Source: an uncultured Verrucomicrobiae bacterium (GTDB lineage Bacteria; Verrucomicrobiota; Verrucomicrobiia; Chthoniobacterales; UBA10450). Taken from it: a DNA stretch of 64,000 nt. The position numbers and the translations under genes are program-made. The DNA lies in assembly GCA_963815455.1 (NCBI GenBank), contig CAWFGO010000001.1, positions 800,001 to 864,000 on the forward strand, in the 5' to 3' direction. A model generated the notes under the pieces. The model had not been told where the DNA came from and searched no databases. It worked only from the letters and a program-made list of their open reading frames with translations. Numbering within the stretch: position 1 is the stretch's first letter; every line of letters begins with the position of its first letter. Shown here in pieces: positions 51,166-63,735 of this stretch.

Positions 51166-53719
51166 ATGATTCAAGATTTCAAGTTTGCGGTCCGGCAGCT
51201 GGTCAAGGCGCCGGGATTCACGGCGGTGGCGGTGTTAACGCTGGCTCTGGCGATCGGGGTTAATTCGGCGATTTTCGCGCTGATCAATGGAGTGGTGTTG
51301 CGGCCGATGGTGCCGTTGCGGCCACAGGAGGTGGTGAACGTTTTCAATTGCCGCCAAAACGCGAACCACGATTATCGCCAGTTCTCGTACAACGAATATC
51401 GCGAGCTGCGGGAAAGCGGCCGCGATGTTTTCGCCGATGTTGCCGCGCTCGAGTTCGCGGTCGCGGGGATCGGGCGCGATCATGAGATGCGGCGCAGCTT
51501 CGCGTTTCTGACTTCGGAAAATTTCTTTCTCGTTGATGGGGGTGCAGCCGTTTCGCGGCCGATTTTACAGCGCGGAAGAATGCCGGCCGAACGCGAATGT
51601 TCCCGTGGTGGTGGCGAGCTACGGATTTTGGAAACGCATGGGCGGCCGCGAAGATTTTGTCGGCAGCACTCTTCACATCAATGGTCAGCCTTACACGGTG
51701 ATTGGCATCACGCCGGATGGATTCAGCGGCGCGAGCGCGCTGATCGCGCCCGATATCTGGCTTCCGCTCGGCATGCATTCGCAGCTCGGCTCGGCTTTTG
51801 GCGACTCCGAAAGCTATGCACGATCTGGCGAACCCGAAAAATTATGCGCTGAATCTCACCGGCCCGATTGCGGCCCGGCCTGACGATTGGAATCCGCGAA
51901 GGCGCGCCTGCCGGTTTTATCGCAAAGATTCAATGCCATTCAACCGACCGATGCCGAGTTTGCGCGCGAAGTGCAAATTCAAAAGCCGTCGCGATTCAGC
52001 TTGAGCACGTCGCCCGAAGACGACGGCCCGATCACGCTGATCGGCACGCTGCTGATGTGCATGGCCGGCGCCGTTCTGCTCATCGCTTGTCTGAATCTCG
52101 CCAACATGCTGCTGGCCCGCGGCACCGCGCGCGTCGAAGGAAATCGCGCTGCGTCTCGCCCTCGGCGCATCGCGCTGGCGAATCGTGCGGCAATTGCTCG
52201 CCGAAGGTTTGTTGCTCGCGATCTGCGGCGGCGTGGTCGGACTCATTCTCAGCGTCTGGTGCAACAATCTTCTGCTGCATTCGCTGGCACGCTTGCTCAG
52301 TTCGGTGAATTTTTCATTCGTTGTCGATCTTACGCCGGATGCACGCCGTTCTCGCGGTGACATTCCTGTTTTGCCTGCTGGCGACCGCTGCTGTTCAGTC
52401 TCGGCCCCGCGCTCAAGGCGACCAGGGCCGATCTGGTCAACGATCTCAAACAACAGGTTGGCGAACCGGCGCGCGTCGGGCGCTTCAGCCGTTTCTTTGC
52501 GCCGCGCCACATCTCGGTCATGGCGCAAATCGCGCTTTCGCTCATGCTGCTTTTCGCCGCCGGATTATTTTTCCGCGGCGCGCTCAAGGCCGCCGGGCTC
52601 AATCCCGGATTCGTGGCCGCGGGCGATCTGGTGACCGAAATGGATTTCTCGCTTGTCAAAAAAGATCCGGCCGATGCGCGACGGTTGATTTTCGACATCG
52701 TGCAACGCGTGCGAGAGAACTGCCAGGCGTTAAGGCAGTCGGCCGTCGGAACAATGTTGCCCTACGGAAACTTCACCAACACTCGCCGCATCATGTCGAC
52801 ACGCGAGACGCTTTCAACCGATCCGAAAGCGCCGGATCCGGGCGCGAGCGCTCTCTACACCGCAATCACGCCCGGATATTTCGATGCTATCGGCGTAAAA
52901 CTCCTGCGCGGCCGCGATTTCACTCAGGCTGAATGCGAAAACAAAGATGGCCGTCGCGTTGCCATCATCGACGAAGAAATGGCCAAAAAACTTTTTCCGA
53001 AAGAGGACGCGATCGGTCAGCACGTTCGCTATACCATCCCGCCTCGGGACGGTTCGCCTAACGACATCGAAATCGTCGGCGTGGTCGGCACGCATCGCCA
53101 CGATGTCCAAAACGATACGACTCTTCGCCGCGTGTTTGTGCCGTTCGCGCAGGGCTACACCGGCAACATTTTCCTGCATGTTCGCCTCGACACCCAGGAT
53201 CGACAGGCGTTGCCGGCCTGATTCCCGCGATCCGGCAAACATTGCGCGAGATCGATCCCGATCTTCCCATTCTCAGCATCGCGCCATTTGTCGATCTTAT
53301 GCAGAAAAGCGTCGGGCTTTGGGTCGTCAAGCTCGGGGCAACCCTCTTTGGCGCGTTCGGTGGAATCGCGCTCCTCCTCGCCGTCGTCGGCGTTTACGGG
53401 GTGAAAGCGTATGCCGTTGCCTGCCGCACCCGCGAGATCGGCATTCGCATGGCGCTCGGCGCGCATCGTAGCGACGTTTTCGCGTTGATCATGCGTCAAG
53501 GCGCCATGCAGACGGCGCTCGCAGTGAGCGTGGGACTTCTCCTTTCGCTGGCGGCCGGTCGCGTCCTCTCGCAAATCTTGTATGAAGTAAGCCCGACTGA
53601 TCCGCTTCGCCCTGATCACTTCGACCGCTCTGCTCGCCGCTGCCGCGCTCCTGGCCTGTTTTCTTCCCGCGCGCCGCGCGACGCACGTGAACCCGATCAC
53701 AGCTTTGCGGACGGAATAG
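51166..53719 (+). CDS. MacB-like (ADOP-type) ABC transporter permease, many frameshifts
   Basis: PGFTAVAVLTLALAIG, LLIACLNLANMLLAR, QIALSLMLL, RTREIGIRMALGA, PARRATHVNP. Confidence 0.88.
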
Positions 53720-54441
53720 AACGGCGAATTTTCGCGGCCTCTCGCATAAAGCCCGGATTCCGGATTATCTTCGTCTTTGTTTGCTGTGATGCATCGCGGA
53801 CGAACAGAGAAAAGCAGTCGATCAAGCTTCGACTGCGCCAGTTGATCAGTTCCTGATTGAGACAATGCAGGCCGTTCTGTGCGCACAAAGTGCGAAACAA
53901 GTCGGCGGTCATGCTCGGATTACGATGATGGTCCCAGTCGAGGACCTGGCTTTTCTGTAGCAGTTTGACGACGAAGGCCGGGAGGCGGTTGCGCGGTGAA
54001 TTCGCATAGGCGCCGAGATTCGAATGATGGAAGAAACCTTTTCCGCCAGTCTTCAATTTCGATCCCAGTTGATGAAGATAAGCTTCGATGAACTCCGCGC
54101 CTGACGTGAACGAGCGAATCAAAGCTGAAAACGAAATCGACTGAGTTGTCCGGCAACATCGACAATGAGCGGCCGTCGTTGTGGTAAATCTTGATGCGCG
54201 GATCGCTACCGAAACGCCGCTGGCAGGCTTGGAAGCATTGCTCGGATTTCTCAACGAGCCATAAGTTATCGCAGTGATCCTTGAGATAATGCGTCCACCG
54301 ACCAAACCCAGGGGCGATTTCGAGAATCGTGCCGGCAGGCAAACAATCGCGGATCCGCGGAAAAATCGCGCCAGCCCATTGCGCGGCGGAGTTTCCCCAC
54401 GGTTTCGACCACTCCTCGCCGCCGTCTTTCCAATACTTCAT
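53697..54441 (-). CDS. Class I SAM-dependent methyltransferase, frameshifted
   Basis: LEIAPGFGRWT, NDGRSL, DFVFSFDSLVH, GFFHHSN. Confidence 0.85.
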
Positions 54442-54465
54442 GAATTTTGGGATGCCCGGAAAATG

Positions 54466-54539
54466 TGGCTGGGGGCGAGAATCGAACCGCCGACACGTGG
54501 ATTTTCAGTCCACTGCTCTGCCAACTGAGCTACCCAGCC
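54466..54539 (-). tRNA. tRNA-Phe(GAA)
   Basis: Minus strand: GGCTGGGTAGCTCAGTTGGCAGAGC, GTGGA-CTGAAAA-TCCAC, GGTTCGATTC. Confidence 0.93.
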
Positions 54540-54625
54540 GTTGAAACCTTGCACCGTTTCGGATCGCGGGCTCTCATTAAAGCAGAAAACACCAAACGCT
54601 CAACGCCCAACATCCAACACCGAAA

Positions 54626-55193
54626 TTAGAATTTTCGCGGCAATTCGATCGCTCTTCGCAACATGCCCAGATAATGAGCCCGCGAAATTTCGACGGCGCC
54701 AAATTGTTTTAGATGGGGCGTGATCCACTGGGTATCGAGCAAGGCGAACTTTTTCGCGCGCAAATGTTCCACCAGCGCCACCAGCGCGACCTTCGATGCA
54801 TTCGTCTCTCGATGAAACATCGATTCGCCAAAAAAGGCGCCGCCGATGGCGACGCCATATAGGCCGCCTGCCAGCTTGTTCTTGCTCCACGCTTCCACCG
54901 AATGCGCGTAACCGAGTTCGTGCAACGCCTCGTAACTCTCAATGATCTCGCGATTAATCCAGGTGTCCTTGCGCTTGGCACAAGCCCGAATCACTTCGCC
55001 AAATCGATTGTCGATCCTGATCTCGAAAACTTTTTTGCGCACGATCCGCCTCAGCGCATGCGGGACGATGGAAATCGTCCAGCGGCAAAATTGCGCGCGG
55101 ATCGGGCGAGAACCACTCGATCGCGCCATCGTCCATCGCCATCGGGAAAAACCCCGAGTCGATAGCCTTGTAGTAAAAGCTCGGCGGAATCAT
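54626..55193 (-). CDS. aat: Leucyl/phenylalanyl-tRNA--protein transferase, frameshifted
   Basis: GFFPMA, WFSPDPRAILPL, AHSVEAW, GGLYGV, FFGESMF, ASKVAL, LLDTQ. Confidence 0.93.
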
Positions 55194-55311
55194 CGATTCA
55201 TTCAGTTGTAGAGGGCTTGTGCCAAGCGCCTGTTTAATTACGGTTCCGGCGCTCGATACAAGCGCCGCTACAACTCTTGCAATGCTATGCCACGCTTCAT
55301 AAAATGCACCG

Positions 55312-55511
55312 ATGAAGAGCCTGTCGATCCTGTTCGCGATCGCATGGACGCTGCTGCGATCGGTTGCGCCGATCCGCTGGAACAGCGCACCGGCACCGAA
55401 GTGCAGGACCAAATCGGGCGCGGCATTCGAGGAGAAGGGCAGATCGGGCCGATTGAACGGGCGCCCGACGATCCGGCCGGGGAACATGGCGTTCCGCAAA
55501 CTCATCCGTAG
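55312..55511 (+). CDS. Small lipoprotein (frameshift in the signal peptide)
   Basis: MKSLSILFAIAWTLL/AIGCADPLEQRTGTEVQDQIGRGIRGEG...; lipobox-like AIGC. Confidence 0.55.
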
Positions 55512-55514
55512 CGC

Positions 55515-57120
55515 GTGAAAACGGCCCCCGCTCACTCAAGAATTCTCATCCTCGATTTCGGTTCGCAGTACACCCAGGTCATCGCCCGCCGAATCCGCGA
55601 ATGCCAGGTCTATTCCGAAATTGTGCGCCTGCGACATTCGGCGGCCGAGATCGCCAGGTTAAAACCAAAAGGGATCATCCTTTCCGGCGGGCCGGCCAGC
55701 GTTTACGATAAGGGCGCTCCGCTCGGCGATCCGGAAATTTTTTCGCTTGGAATTCCGGTGCTCGGCATTTGCTACGGAATGCAATTGATGGCCCACCATC
55801 TGGGCGGCGAGGTCGAGTTCAGCGCCCGGCGCGAATACGGCCCGGGAATTTTGCACGTAAAAAAATCATCGCCCTTGCTGGATGGCCTCGGCCAACAGAT
55901 CGACATCTGGAGCAGTCACGGCGATAAACTGACCGCGCTTCCGCCCGGGTTCGAAACGATGGCGACCACGGAGAATTCGAACTTTCGCCGCCATCGAACA
56001 TTCCGAGAGCAAACTTTACGGATTGCAATTTCATCCCGAAGTCGCGCACACGCCCCGCGGCAAGGAGATTCTGCAAAACTTCGTTTATCACATTTGCCAT
56101 TGCACGATGGATTGGACGATGGGCTCGTTTATCGAGGAGGCTTGCGAGCGGGTCCGGCAACAGGTCGGCGATGAGAAAGTCGTGCTCGGTTTGAGCGGCG
56201 GCGTTGATTCATCGGTCACCGCTGCGCTGTTGCACAAAGCAATTGGCGACCAGCTCACCTGCATCTTCGTTAACAACGGCCTGCTTCGCGCCCGCGAGGA
56301 GGAAATGGTGCAGCGCGTTTTCGGCGAAAATTTTCATGTTCGCTTGAAGTATGTCGATGCCAGCGACCGGTTTCTTCGCGCGCTCAATGGCGTGACCTGA
56401 TCCGGAGCAGAAACGAAAGATTATCGGCAACGAATTCATCGAGGTATTCCAGCACGCCGACCGAGGAATTGCTCGAAGGAGATCCAGATCGCGCAGAACG
56501 CGCGCCGGTCGCAAACACGGCGGCTATAAGTTTCTCGCCCAGGGCACGCTTTATCCGGATGTGATCGAGAGCGTTTCAATCGAAGGCAATCCCGCTCAAG
56601 TCATCAAGAGTCATCACAACGTCGGCGGGTTGCCCGAGAAAATGCATTTCGAGCTGGTCGAACCGGTGCGCGCAATTGTTCAAAGACGAAGTGCGCCAGG
56701 CTGGATTACAGCTCGGTCTTGCCGAAGGAAATTGTTTATCGGCAGCCATTTCCCGGGCCCGGCCTGGCCGTGCGCATTCTGGGCGAAGTCACGCCGGAGC
56801 GATTGTCGATCCTGCGCGAGGCCGACACCATCGTTCAAAGCGAAATGGAAGCAGCCGATTGGTATTACAAGGTCTGGCAATCGTTCGCCGTCCTGCTGCC
56901 AGTCCAATCGGTCGGCGTGATGGGCGATCAGCGCACTTACGAAAACACTGTCGCGCTGCGCATCGTGGAAAGCCAGGACGGCATGACGGCCGATTGGGTG
57001 CGGATTCCCTACGAACTGCTCGCCCGCATCTCCAATCGCATCTGCAACGAAGTGAAAGGCGTTAACCGGGTCGTGTTCGATATCTCCAGCAAACCGCCGA
57101 GCACGATCGAGTGGGAGTGA
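55515..57120 (+). CDS. guaA: GMP synthase (glutamine-hydrolysing), several frameshifts
   Basis: [64 protein letters not shown]. Confidence 0.97.
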
Positions 57121-57255
57121 ATTGTCAGAGGTCAGAATTCGGGTGGATGGCAGTTCGCCGAGAAAGTCCGCGCGCAGCGAAGCGCTAGCCAGCACCCATT
57201 AACCGCTCCATCGAGGCCGTCTGCGTGTTTAGCGCAGACGGCCTCATGGAAAGAA

Positions 57256-60200
57256 CTAAGGCAACCCGTGGCCGATGTTCGATTTGACTGAGGAGGCGTC
57301 GGTGCCGTTTATGGCGCCGTTGGCGTTCACGTCGGAGCGGAAGTTTGCGCTGGTGACCGCTTGGCCAATTCGCCCCTTGGTCTGCGACACATCGGTGGAA
57401 TTGACCGTTGCCATTGTTGTTGGTGTCGCCCAGTAGCCGGCTCATCGGTATCACTACGTTGGCCAAAGGCTCATCCGCGGTATTCACTCCATTGAGCGTG
57501 ACGTTGATGGTCTGCACATCGGCTACGTTGGTGAGCGGGATCGTGACCATGTTTCCGGACACGGTTACCATCCCGCCATTGCTGACGCCACCGGTCCCGA
57601 TGGTTGCTGTGCCCAACGTGACCTGCGCCTGCGGGCTTCCCGTCACGGTCACATTGCCTGAGAACGTGACCACCATCGTGTAATCGTTGGTCCCGCCGCC
57701 GCTACGGCATTCGATTCCGGGCGTGCCGGTAAGCGGCAGATCGATGTCGAAGTCGCCTGCGCCGCCGTGGGTCTTTCGTGATACCGCGCCAGTCACGCTG
57801 GCCGGGCACGGCTCGTAGATGGCGGCGCTGTCCACTCGCCACCCAGCGTGCGAGACGGAGTTGTCCGAACACATCCGCCAGCGCAGCGTCACCGGCTGGC
57901 CAACAGCGGCACCCGGAAGGGTCACCGTAGAGGTTTCGAACCCACCAGAACCCCCATTGGAGATTCCGCTCCAGCCGCCGGTGGTGGTGTGGATAGGCGC
58001 CGTTACGGTGCACGGATTGGCGAACCCGGTGCTGATCGACGTGTGGTTATAGCCCCCGCTAACAAAGCTGCCTCCTGCAGCGATGATGTCCTGATAGGCG
58101 CCGCCGTTAATGCTGATCTCTAAGACCCCTACGTCGTAGGCAATGGCGGCGGACGACTGTTCCAAGTCGTAGTTCTGCCTGAAAGTCAGCTGCGCCGAGG
58201 CCGAGTTGACCGTAAGCGTTGGCGTGTCCAGCCGGTTATCCAGGAGGTTAGCCGGATCTTGCGAGAAAACGGCGTTAGGCAGGCTATCCGCCACCGGGGC
58301 GGGAGTTCCTGAATTGGAGGTAACCCACAATGGGAATCCGCCTCCATTTACACCCTGCGTGGCCACCCATCCCGTGGGCAGCATCGGCGGAGTGACTCCA
58401 TCAAAGTTCTGAGTGAATGTTGGACAGAAATTACCGGTGTAATTGTAATTCCCCGAGAAGGCGAGGTTCGGATTTCCAAACGAATCCGGTGACTGCGCCG
58501 GCGCCAATGCTCGCTGTCACCATGCCCGAGAAAATACTCGTGAAGTTCAACGTAAACCGCGCGGTCGTGTTCCCGTTGATCAGGGTAACCATTGTCACGG
58601 TGCCGGGAATGCCGCTCAGCGTCAGATCGCTCGTTTGCACCGAGGCCGGATCGACGGCTTCATTGAAGTTCACGTCGTACATCGACGACCCCGGCCCCGA
58701 GAAGTTGCCGCCCACCGGCGGATTAGTCGTAGTCACCTGAAGCGCCAGAGCATCGTACCGGAACGTGCACGTGAAATCCAAAATTCCCTGGCCATCCGAA
58801 ATGCGGTTCATGGCGCCAGCCGCAATATGCATTGTCTGGATACCCTGAGTTGTGACCGGCGAGGCGTTAAAGTGGAACGTTATTGTGGTGTCGCCATTCG
58901 ACAGGAGAAAGCTGTTTGCCGGATTCCCGTTCACAGTGAAATCGGCGCCCTGAACAGTCGCCGCATTCACCGCGTCGGTGAGGTTGACAACAAAGTCATT
59001 TGGCTGAATCGAGATGATGCTGCCGCAGGCGGGGGTGGCGGTGGTCACGCTAAAACCCACCAGATCCCTATCGGTGAAGGCGTCCTGCTGGGATGCGCCG
59101 GCAATGGCCACGCGACCGTCCGTCCACGAAGTGACGTGCTTCGCAGCTATCGCAGAACCGTAGTCGTAATCGCCCGCATAAGTCGCTTGAATGCCGGGAT
59201 CGTTTTGAGCCGGGAGCGGGGTGACAACGTCCGACAACGCCATATCAGGCAGCCAGCTTACGCCGTTGTCGTTGGACCTTCGCGAATACATCTTGTAACA
59301 CGGAACGGCTGGGTTACCCGCGGTGCAGCTGGCACTGTCGCGCCCGTCATACCAAGTCGCGAACACGGTGCCAGTCGGGCTAACTGAAAGGTTAGGCTGC
59401 CATTGAGGACGGGCGGTCGCATCGGTGTTCAGCTTGAACGGCGGCGCAAAGGTCAGACCGCCATCGGTGGAACGGATGTAATAGACGTCGCCAGCATCAC
59501 CGGCGGTGCCCTGCTGGGCATAGACCAGGTGAACGACGTTGTTGAAGGCAGCGGGCTCACCCCAGCCTTCGTGCCGCCAATAGGCTGGGCTAAACATGCA
59601 GGCAAAGTAACCCGAAGCCGTTACGCCCGGTCCGGGGAACGCTGGGCCGGTGTAGGGATGACTCCACGTATTACCGCCGTCGGTTGACTTGAAAATATGG
59701 TTGAAGTCGTTGTGGGGGAAGCCGCCACCGCCTTCGTCCATGCCCGCCAGGTACACTATGCCGTTGCCTATAAGGTCGCCGGTGATCTGCACATCGCGGA
59801 TGAAGGGGCTGGCAGGGGCAACAGTTATCGGAGCGTGCCAAGTGGCGCCGTTATCAGAGGAATAGGTTACGGTGAGGGCACTGCTTTGGCCCCAGGAAAT
59901 ATACATTCGCCCATAGAATGGCGAGGCAGGGTTGTTATCAGCCCAACCAGATTCGCGGTCGGCTGAACCGGTGCTGAAAACGCAAAAATGGGTCCAGCTA
60001 GCGGGATCCGCGGGAGTGGCCGACTTGTATCCGCCGAGGCCCTGAGCGCCGCAGCGCCGTGTCGAGCCAGACGGTGAACCAGGTGCCGGTTGGTTTGTTG
60101 TACAGAGCAACAGGGTCGCCCACGTGCCGGCGAAGGGGCTTTGACCGCTGGCAGTGGTGATGCGGGTGAACGTCGTGCCGCCATCGGTGGAAATCGACGC

Positions 60201-60700
60201 GCCGGAGATGTTGATTGGGCTGGCGTTGCGGCCTCGCGAATCGTTGTAGGCGACGAAAATCTGGTTGGGGTTATCCGGATTAACCGCAGTGTACGTCTCC
60301 GACTGGGTAACATTGGGAGAGGTCTCGGTGCCGGTGACCAGGTTGACGTCGGCCGCCGCCAAATACGCAGTGGCGCAAACAGCTTTTTGACGGCTTGGAC
60401 GAACTTGCCAAACGGAAGAGCTGAGCCCCCCTCTGCCTGGCCGCACGCAATCATGATCGCCTGGGCTCGGAAGTTTTCCTGCCTGTCGATGCCCAGTTCG
60501 CGAATCTTGGAACAGTCAAACCCGACAGGCACGAGTGGGTCCGTGGACTTGGTGATGATGGTAGTTTTCTTCCCCTGTGCGAGTGCAGAGAACCCGCCAA
60601 AGCCAGCCAGCGCGAGGAACACACCGACCAGGACTATGGACAGGCCGAATAAGACACGGAGATTAAAGAAGGCGGATTGTGAGGCGGATTTCTTTTTCAT
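57256..60700 (-). CDS. Large secreted protein: Asp-box/BNR (sialidase-like) propeller, Ig-like domains and C-terminal dockerin-like domain; frameshifted
   Basis: Signal SAFFNLRVL; STDGGTTF, SSDNGATW, STDGGNTW, STDGGLTF, SNDNGVSW; VSRKTHG...ECRSGG; GDTNNNG...DVNANGAINGTD...GHGLP*. Confidence 0.8.
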
Positions 60701-60900
60701 AAGATGTGAATGATCGAGGTGCAGACTAAAGCATATGCGTTTTGTGCTCTTAGCTGAAACGCGGGGAATGCGGGAAAAAGCATCAAAACGTTTCTATTTA
60801 GAATCGACCCCGTTTATCGAATCGCGGAAAAAATAGCAAGCTTTTTAATTTCTTTCGCCGGATTTAGTAATGATCGGTGATTGCCATGGCGGCAAGTTCC

Positions 60901-61471
60901 TTACGGATCTGTCCCTGCACAGCGTGGAGTGCGAGGGCACCGCAATCGTTCGGACGCGCTGGCGTTATCAACCCCGGTACGAATCGCTTTGAACGTGCCG
61001 CTCTTTGATGCTTTGGCTTTGGGGTCATTCGGGTTCTGACCGAGAGGAAAGAACACGGCCTCTCCCGCCATCGCGCCCTCTGTTCCAAATTTCCCTTTCA
61101 ACACCAATGTTCCCGCGTCGCGCCCGACATTGCCGATTGGGAATTCCACCGTGCCAGAGACCGTCACGGAGCCGTCATCGCTCTGGGTCCACTTCGCCTC
61201 CCAGGCCCGGCGCCCCCCCAGTGCGTGCGCTCTTGGACCAACGAGTTGGAAAGAGCCTTTCCCGGAATCTCGGGCCTCAAAACGCAACTGAACGGCTCTC
61301 GCCATTCCCGAACGTGATCTCTACTTCCCAACTGCCGATGATGTTCGCGGACTGCGCCTGGAACAAGCCGGCGCCGAACATTTGGGCGAATACCATCAAA
61401 ATCAATGCCGGTCTTGCTGTCACAATTACCGCCTTCTTATTTGTATTGTCATGTCCGCTCTGGCCATCCAT
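60901..61471 (-). CDS. Secreted hypothetical protein, frameshifted
   Basis: Hydrophobic leader, then IIGSWEVEITF.../RFEARDSGKGSF...SGTVEFPIGNVGRDAGTL. Confidence 0.6.
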
Positions 61472-61565
61472 TGGACTCCAAGAGTGATCACTGCGGGATT
61501 CGAAAAATCAGCCTTGCCGAAATACGGACACAGGGGACTTCCTCCAATGACAGCACTTTTCGATT

Positions 61566-63124
61566 TCAATCCACTCGCGATCGCACTCATGAATTCGCCG
61601 AAATCTTTGCCATTGCGGGCGGCCTGATTGAGCGCGGCCAGCCGAGCATCGATAGCGGCTTCGGGAAAAGCGACCCGACGGGAGCTGCGATTCGTTCGCG
61701 AAAACAATTTCGTCCCATTGGATTGACGAAATCTCGTCGTTGAACCGTGCCACCGCCCGGCCGCGGAAGAATGCGCGCGTCGTTTCCGGCGGGTTGAAGA
61801 TCGACAATTTAATGTCGTCTTCGGTCGGTGAACCGGCGCATGGAGTCCTTGATGCACAAGCTCGTAATATAGGCCGCGATCAAGATCGATATTGTGATAT
61901 TCCAGATCGATCGATTGCAGCCACGGATCGGTCCAGGACAGCTTTTCTTCCTCCTGCAAGGCGTTGAGCAGAAATTTCTTGGCCGCCCAATCGACCCGGT
62001 CGCGCGCCGACATCGGCATCGCGCTCGAGATCGTTGAGAACGTTTTCCCATTCCCGCAAAATCCATTGTCGATCTTCGTCCGCGACGATGCTTGCCGCGC
62101 CGTAGGTCGGCGGCGACCGAAGCGGGTCGATCTTGCTCGCGGCCCGCAAATAAATTCGCTGCACATCGATGGCCGAAATTTTTCGACCATCTTTCAGTTC
62201 GATGATCCAATCGTAAGTTTGATCGCGGCTGATCGATTTGTTGGCATCGATCGGCTGGGCGATTTCGAGCTGTGGCGCTTCGCCGCGTTCGATCAGATCG
62301 AGCACGATCGCGGTGGTCCCGATTTTCATGGCGGTGGCCCATTCGCTCATATTCGAATCGCCCAGAATGACATGGAACCGCCGGTAGCGACTGGCGTCGG
62401 CATGCGGTTCATCGCGGGTATTGACCAGCGGCCGGCGATTCATGGTGTCGATGCTCACCAGTACGCTGAAAAAATCCGCCCGCTGGGAGATTTGATAAAC
62501 GCCCGGCTGGCTCGCGGCGCTCTCCGCTTCGATGCCCATCTTGCCGGCGCCTCCGAAGATTTGGCGCGTGATCAGAAAGGGAAGAATGCCGTTGACGATT
62601 CGGTCCCAGGGCAAATCGCGACGCATCAGGTAATTGTCGTGGCAGCCGTAACTGTGTCCGGCAAAATCGGTGTTGTTCTTGTAAAGACGAATCTCCTGGC
62701 CAGGCGGCAATTTCAAGTTTCGGCGGCGGGCGCATTCGGCCAAAATGCGTTCACCGGCCTTATCCTGGGCCACGATTTGCGGCAGCGTCGTGCATTCCGG
62801 CGTGGAATATTCCGGATGCGCATGATCGTTATAAAAACGGGCGCCGTTGGAAAGAACGAGGTCGCTCTTGATCTCCTCGAAACTCAATCGGCGGCTTTTA
62901 TCGATCTCATAATAGGCCGATTCGTCTGTGTCCTGGAGCAATTCGCGGGCACGAAAACCGCGCGCGTCGAGATGAGGATCCTCCAGCTCGTAATCCCATT
63001 TCATGTGCGCCCCGTGCTCGGTGTAACGCCGCACCAGCTCGATCGATTCCGACACCACATCGACAATCTCCGCGCCGGTCACGGTGATTCCGTATTCGGT
63101 CTCCAGCCCGAAGACACGTTTCAT
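61566..63124 (-). CDS. dop: Pup deamidase/depupylase Dop (PafA2); frameshifted, 3' end approximate
   Basis: GLETEYG, Dop-loop WDYELEDPHLDARGF, NGARFYNDHAHPEYSTPEC, KNNTD, GCHDNY, SQRADF, NTRDEPHAD, RFHVILGD, DWAAK, DLEYH, PPETTRA. Confidence 0.9.
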
Positions 63125-63159
63125 AGCCTACCGACGCCTCGCGTGCGTCGCCCGATCGT

Positions 63160-63699
63160 CTGTAGGGGAAGCTGACAGCTTACCCCCGCTGGTCTATTCT
63201 CTGTAAGGGAAGCCGACGGTTTCCCCGGCCCGTTAATCAAGTCCAGGTAGTACGGCCAATCTTCGGCATTCTGCACGAATCGTGCCGCACTGGATTGTCT
63301 TTCACATAAATCCATTTGCTCCACAAATTTTCATCCGAGCGCAGCAGGCGATCAAAACAGCCACGCTGCCATTCCCGTGACTGAGGTCCGAGCCGCTCCC
63401 GCAATGCCCGTTTGAATCCGTGCGAAAAATCTCCAAACGACAGATTCCGATCCTCAATTGGCGCCACGATCCAATGCGCGTGATCCGGCATCACAACGCC
63501 CGCCAAAACCTGCCATTTCAGCAATTGTGCGATCGTCGTTTTGATGGCATCGAACACTTCACGGTTCGCCAAAACGGCGCGCCGATCCCTCACGCAAATA
63601 GTCACGAAACAAATAATCGATTTCTCCCAGGGAAGAAGAATCGCTGGCAATCTCGGCGGCTCGGCCATAGGCACGGGAAGCTGTCAGCTTCCCCTACAG
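63160..63699 (-). mobile_element. REPtron: RAYT gene flanked by inverted GTAG-type REPs (63160-63186, 63201-63226, 63672-63699)
   Basis: ctgtaggggaagctgacagcttaccc, ctgtaagggaagccgacggtttcccc and cacgggaagctgtcagcttcccctacag. Confidence 0.85.
63237..63668 (-). CDS. REP-associated tyrosine (HUH/Y1) transposase; probable frameshift before the C-terminal EDWPY
   Basis: FVTIC, MPDHAH (HUH), WQRGCFDRLLR, YVKDNPVR; EDWPYY in the adjacent frame. Confidence 0.88.
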   Translation of the reverse strand: MAEPPRLPAILLPWEKSIICFVTICVRDRRAVLANREVFDAIKTTIAQLLKWQVLAGVVMPDHAHWIVAPIEDRNLSFGDFSHGFKRALRERLGPQSREWQRGCFDRLLRSDENLWSKWIYVKDNPVRHDSCRMPKIGRTTWT

Positions 63700-63735
63700 G
63701 GATCGCGCAGCAAAGTCGTTGAGAACGTGTGCTCA

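Noticed and set aside
56392..56406. In-frame TGA in guaA as selenocysteine or stop-codon reassignment
   Set aside because: gtgacctgatccggag is VTDPE with one extra base; the gene continues in another frame, and other genes use TGA as a normal stop.
61964..63175. Long antisense ORFs (e.g. 403 aa here, 336 aa at 249-1259, 314 aa at 22013-22957)
   Set aside because: Shadows of genuine high-GC genes on the opposite strand with no recognisable motifs.
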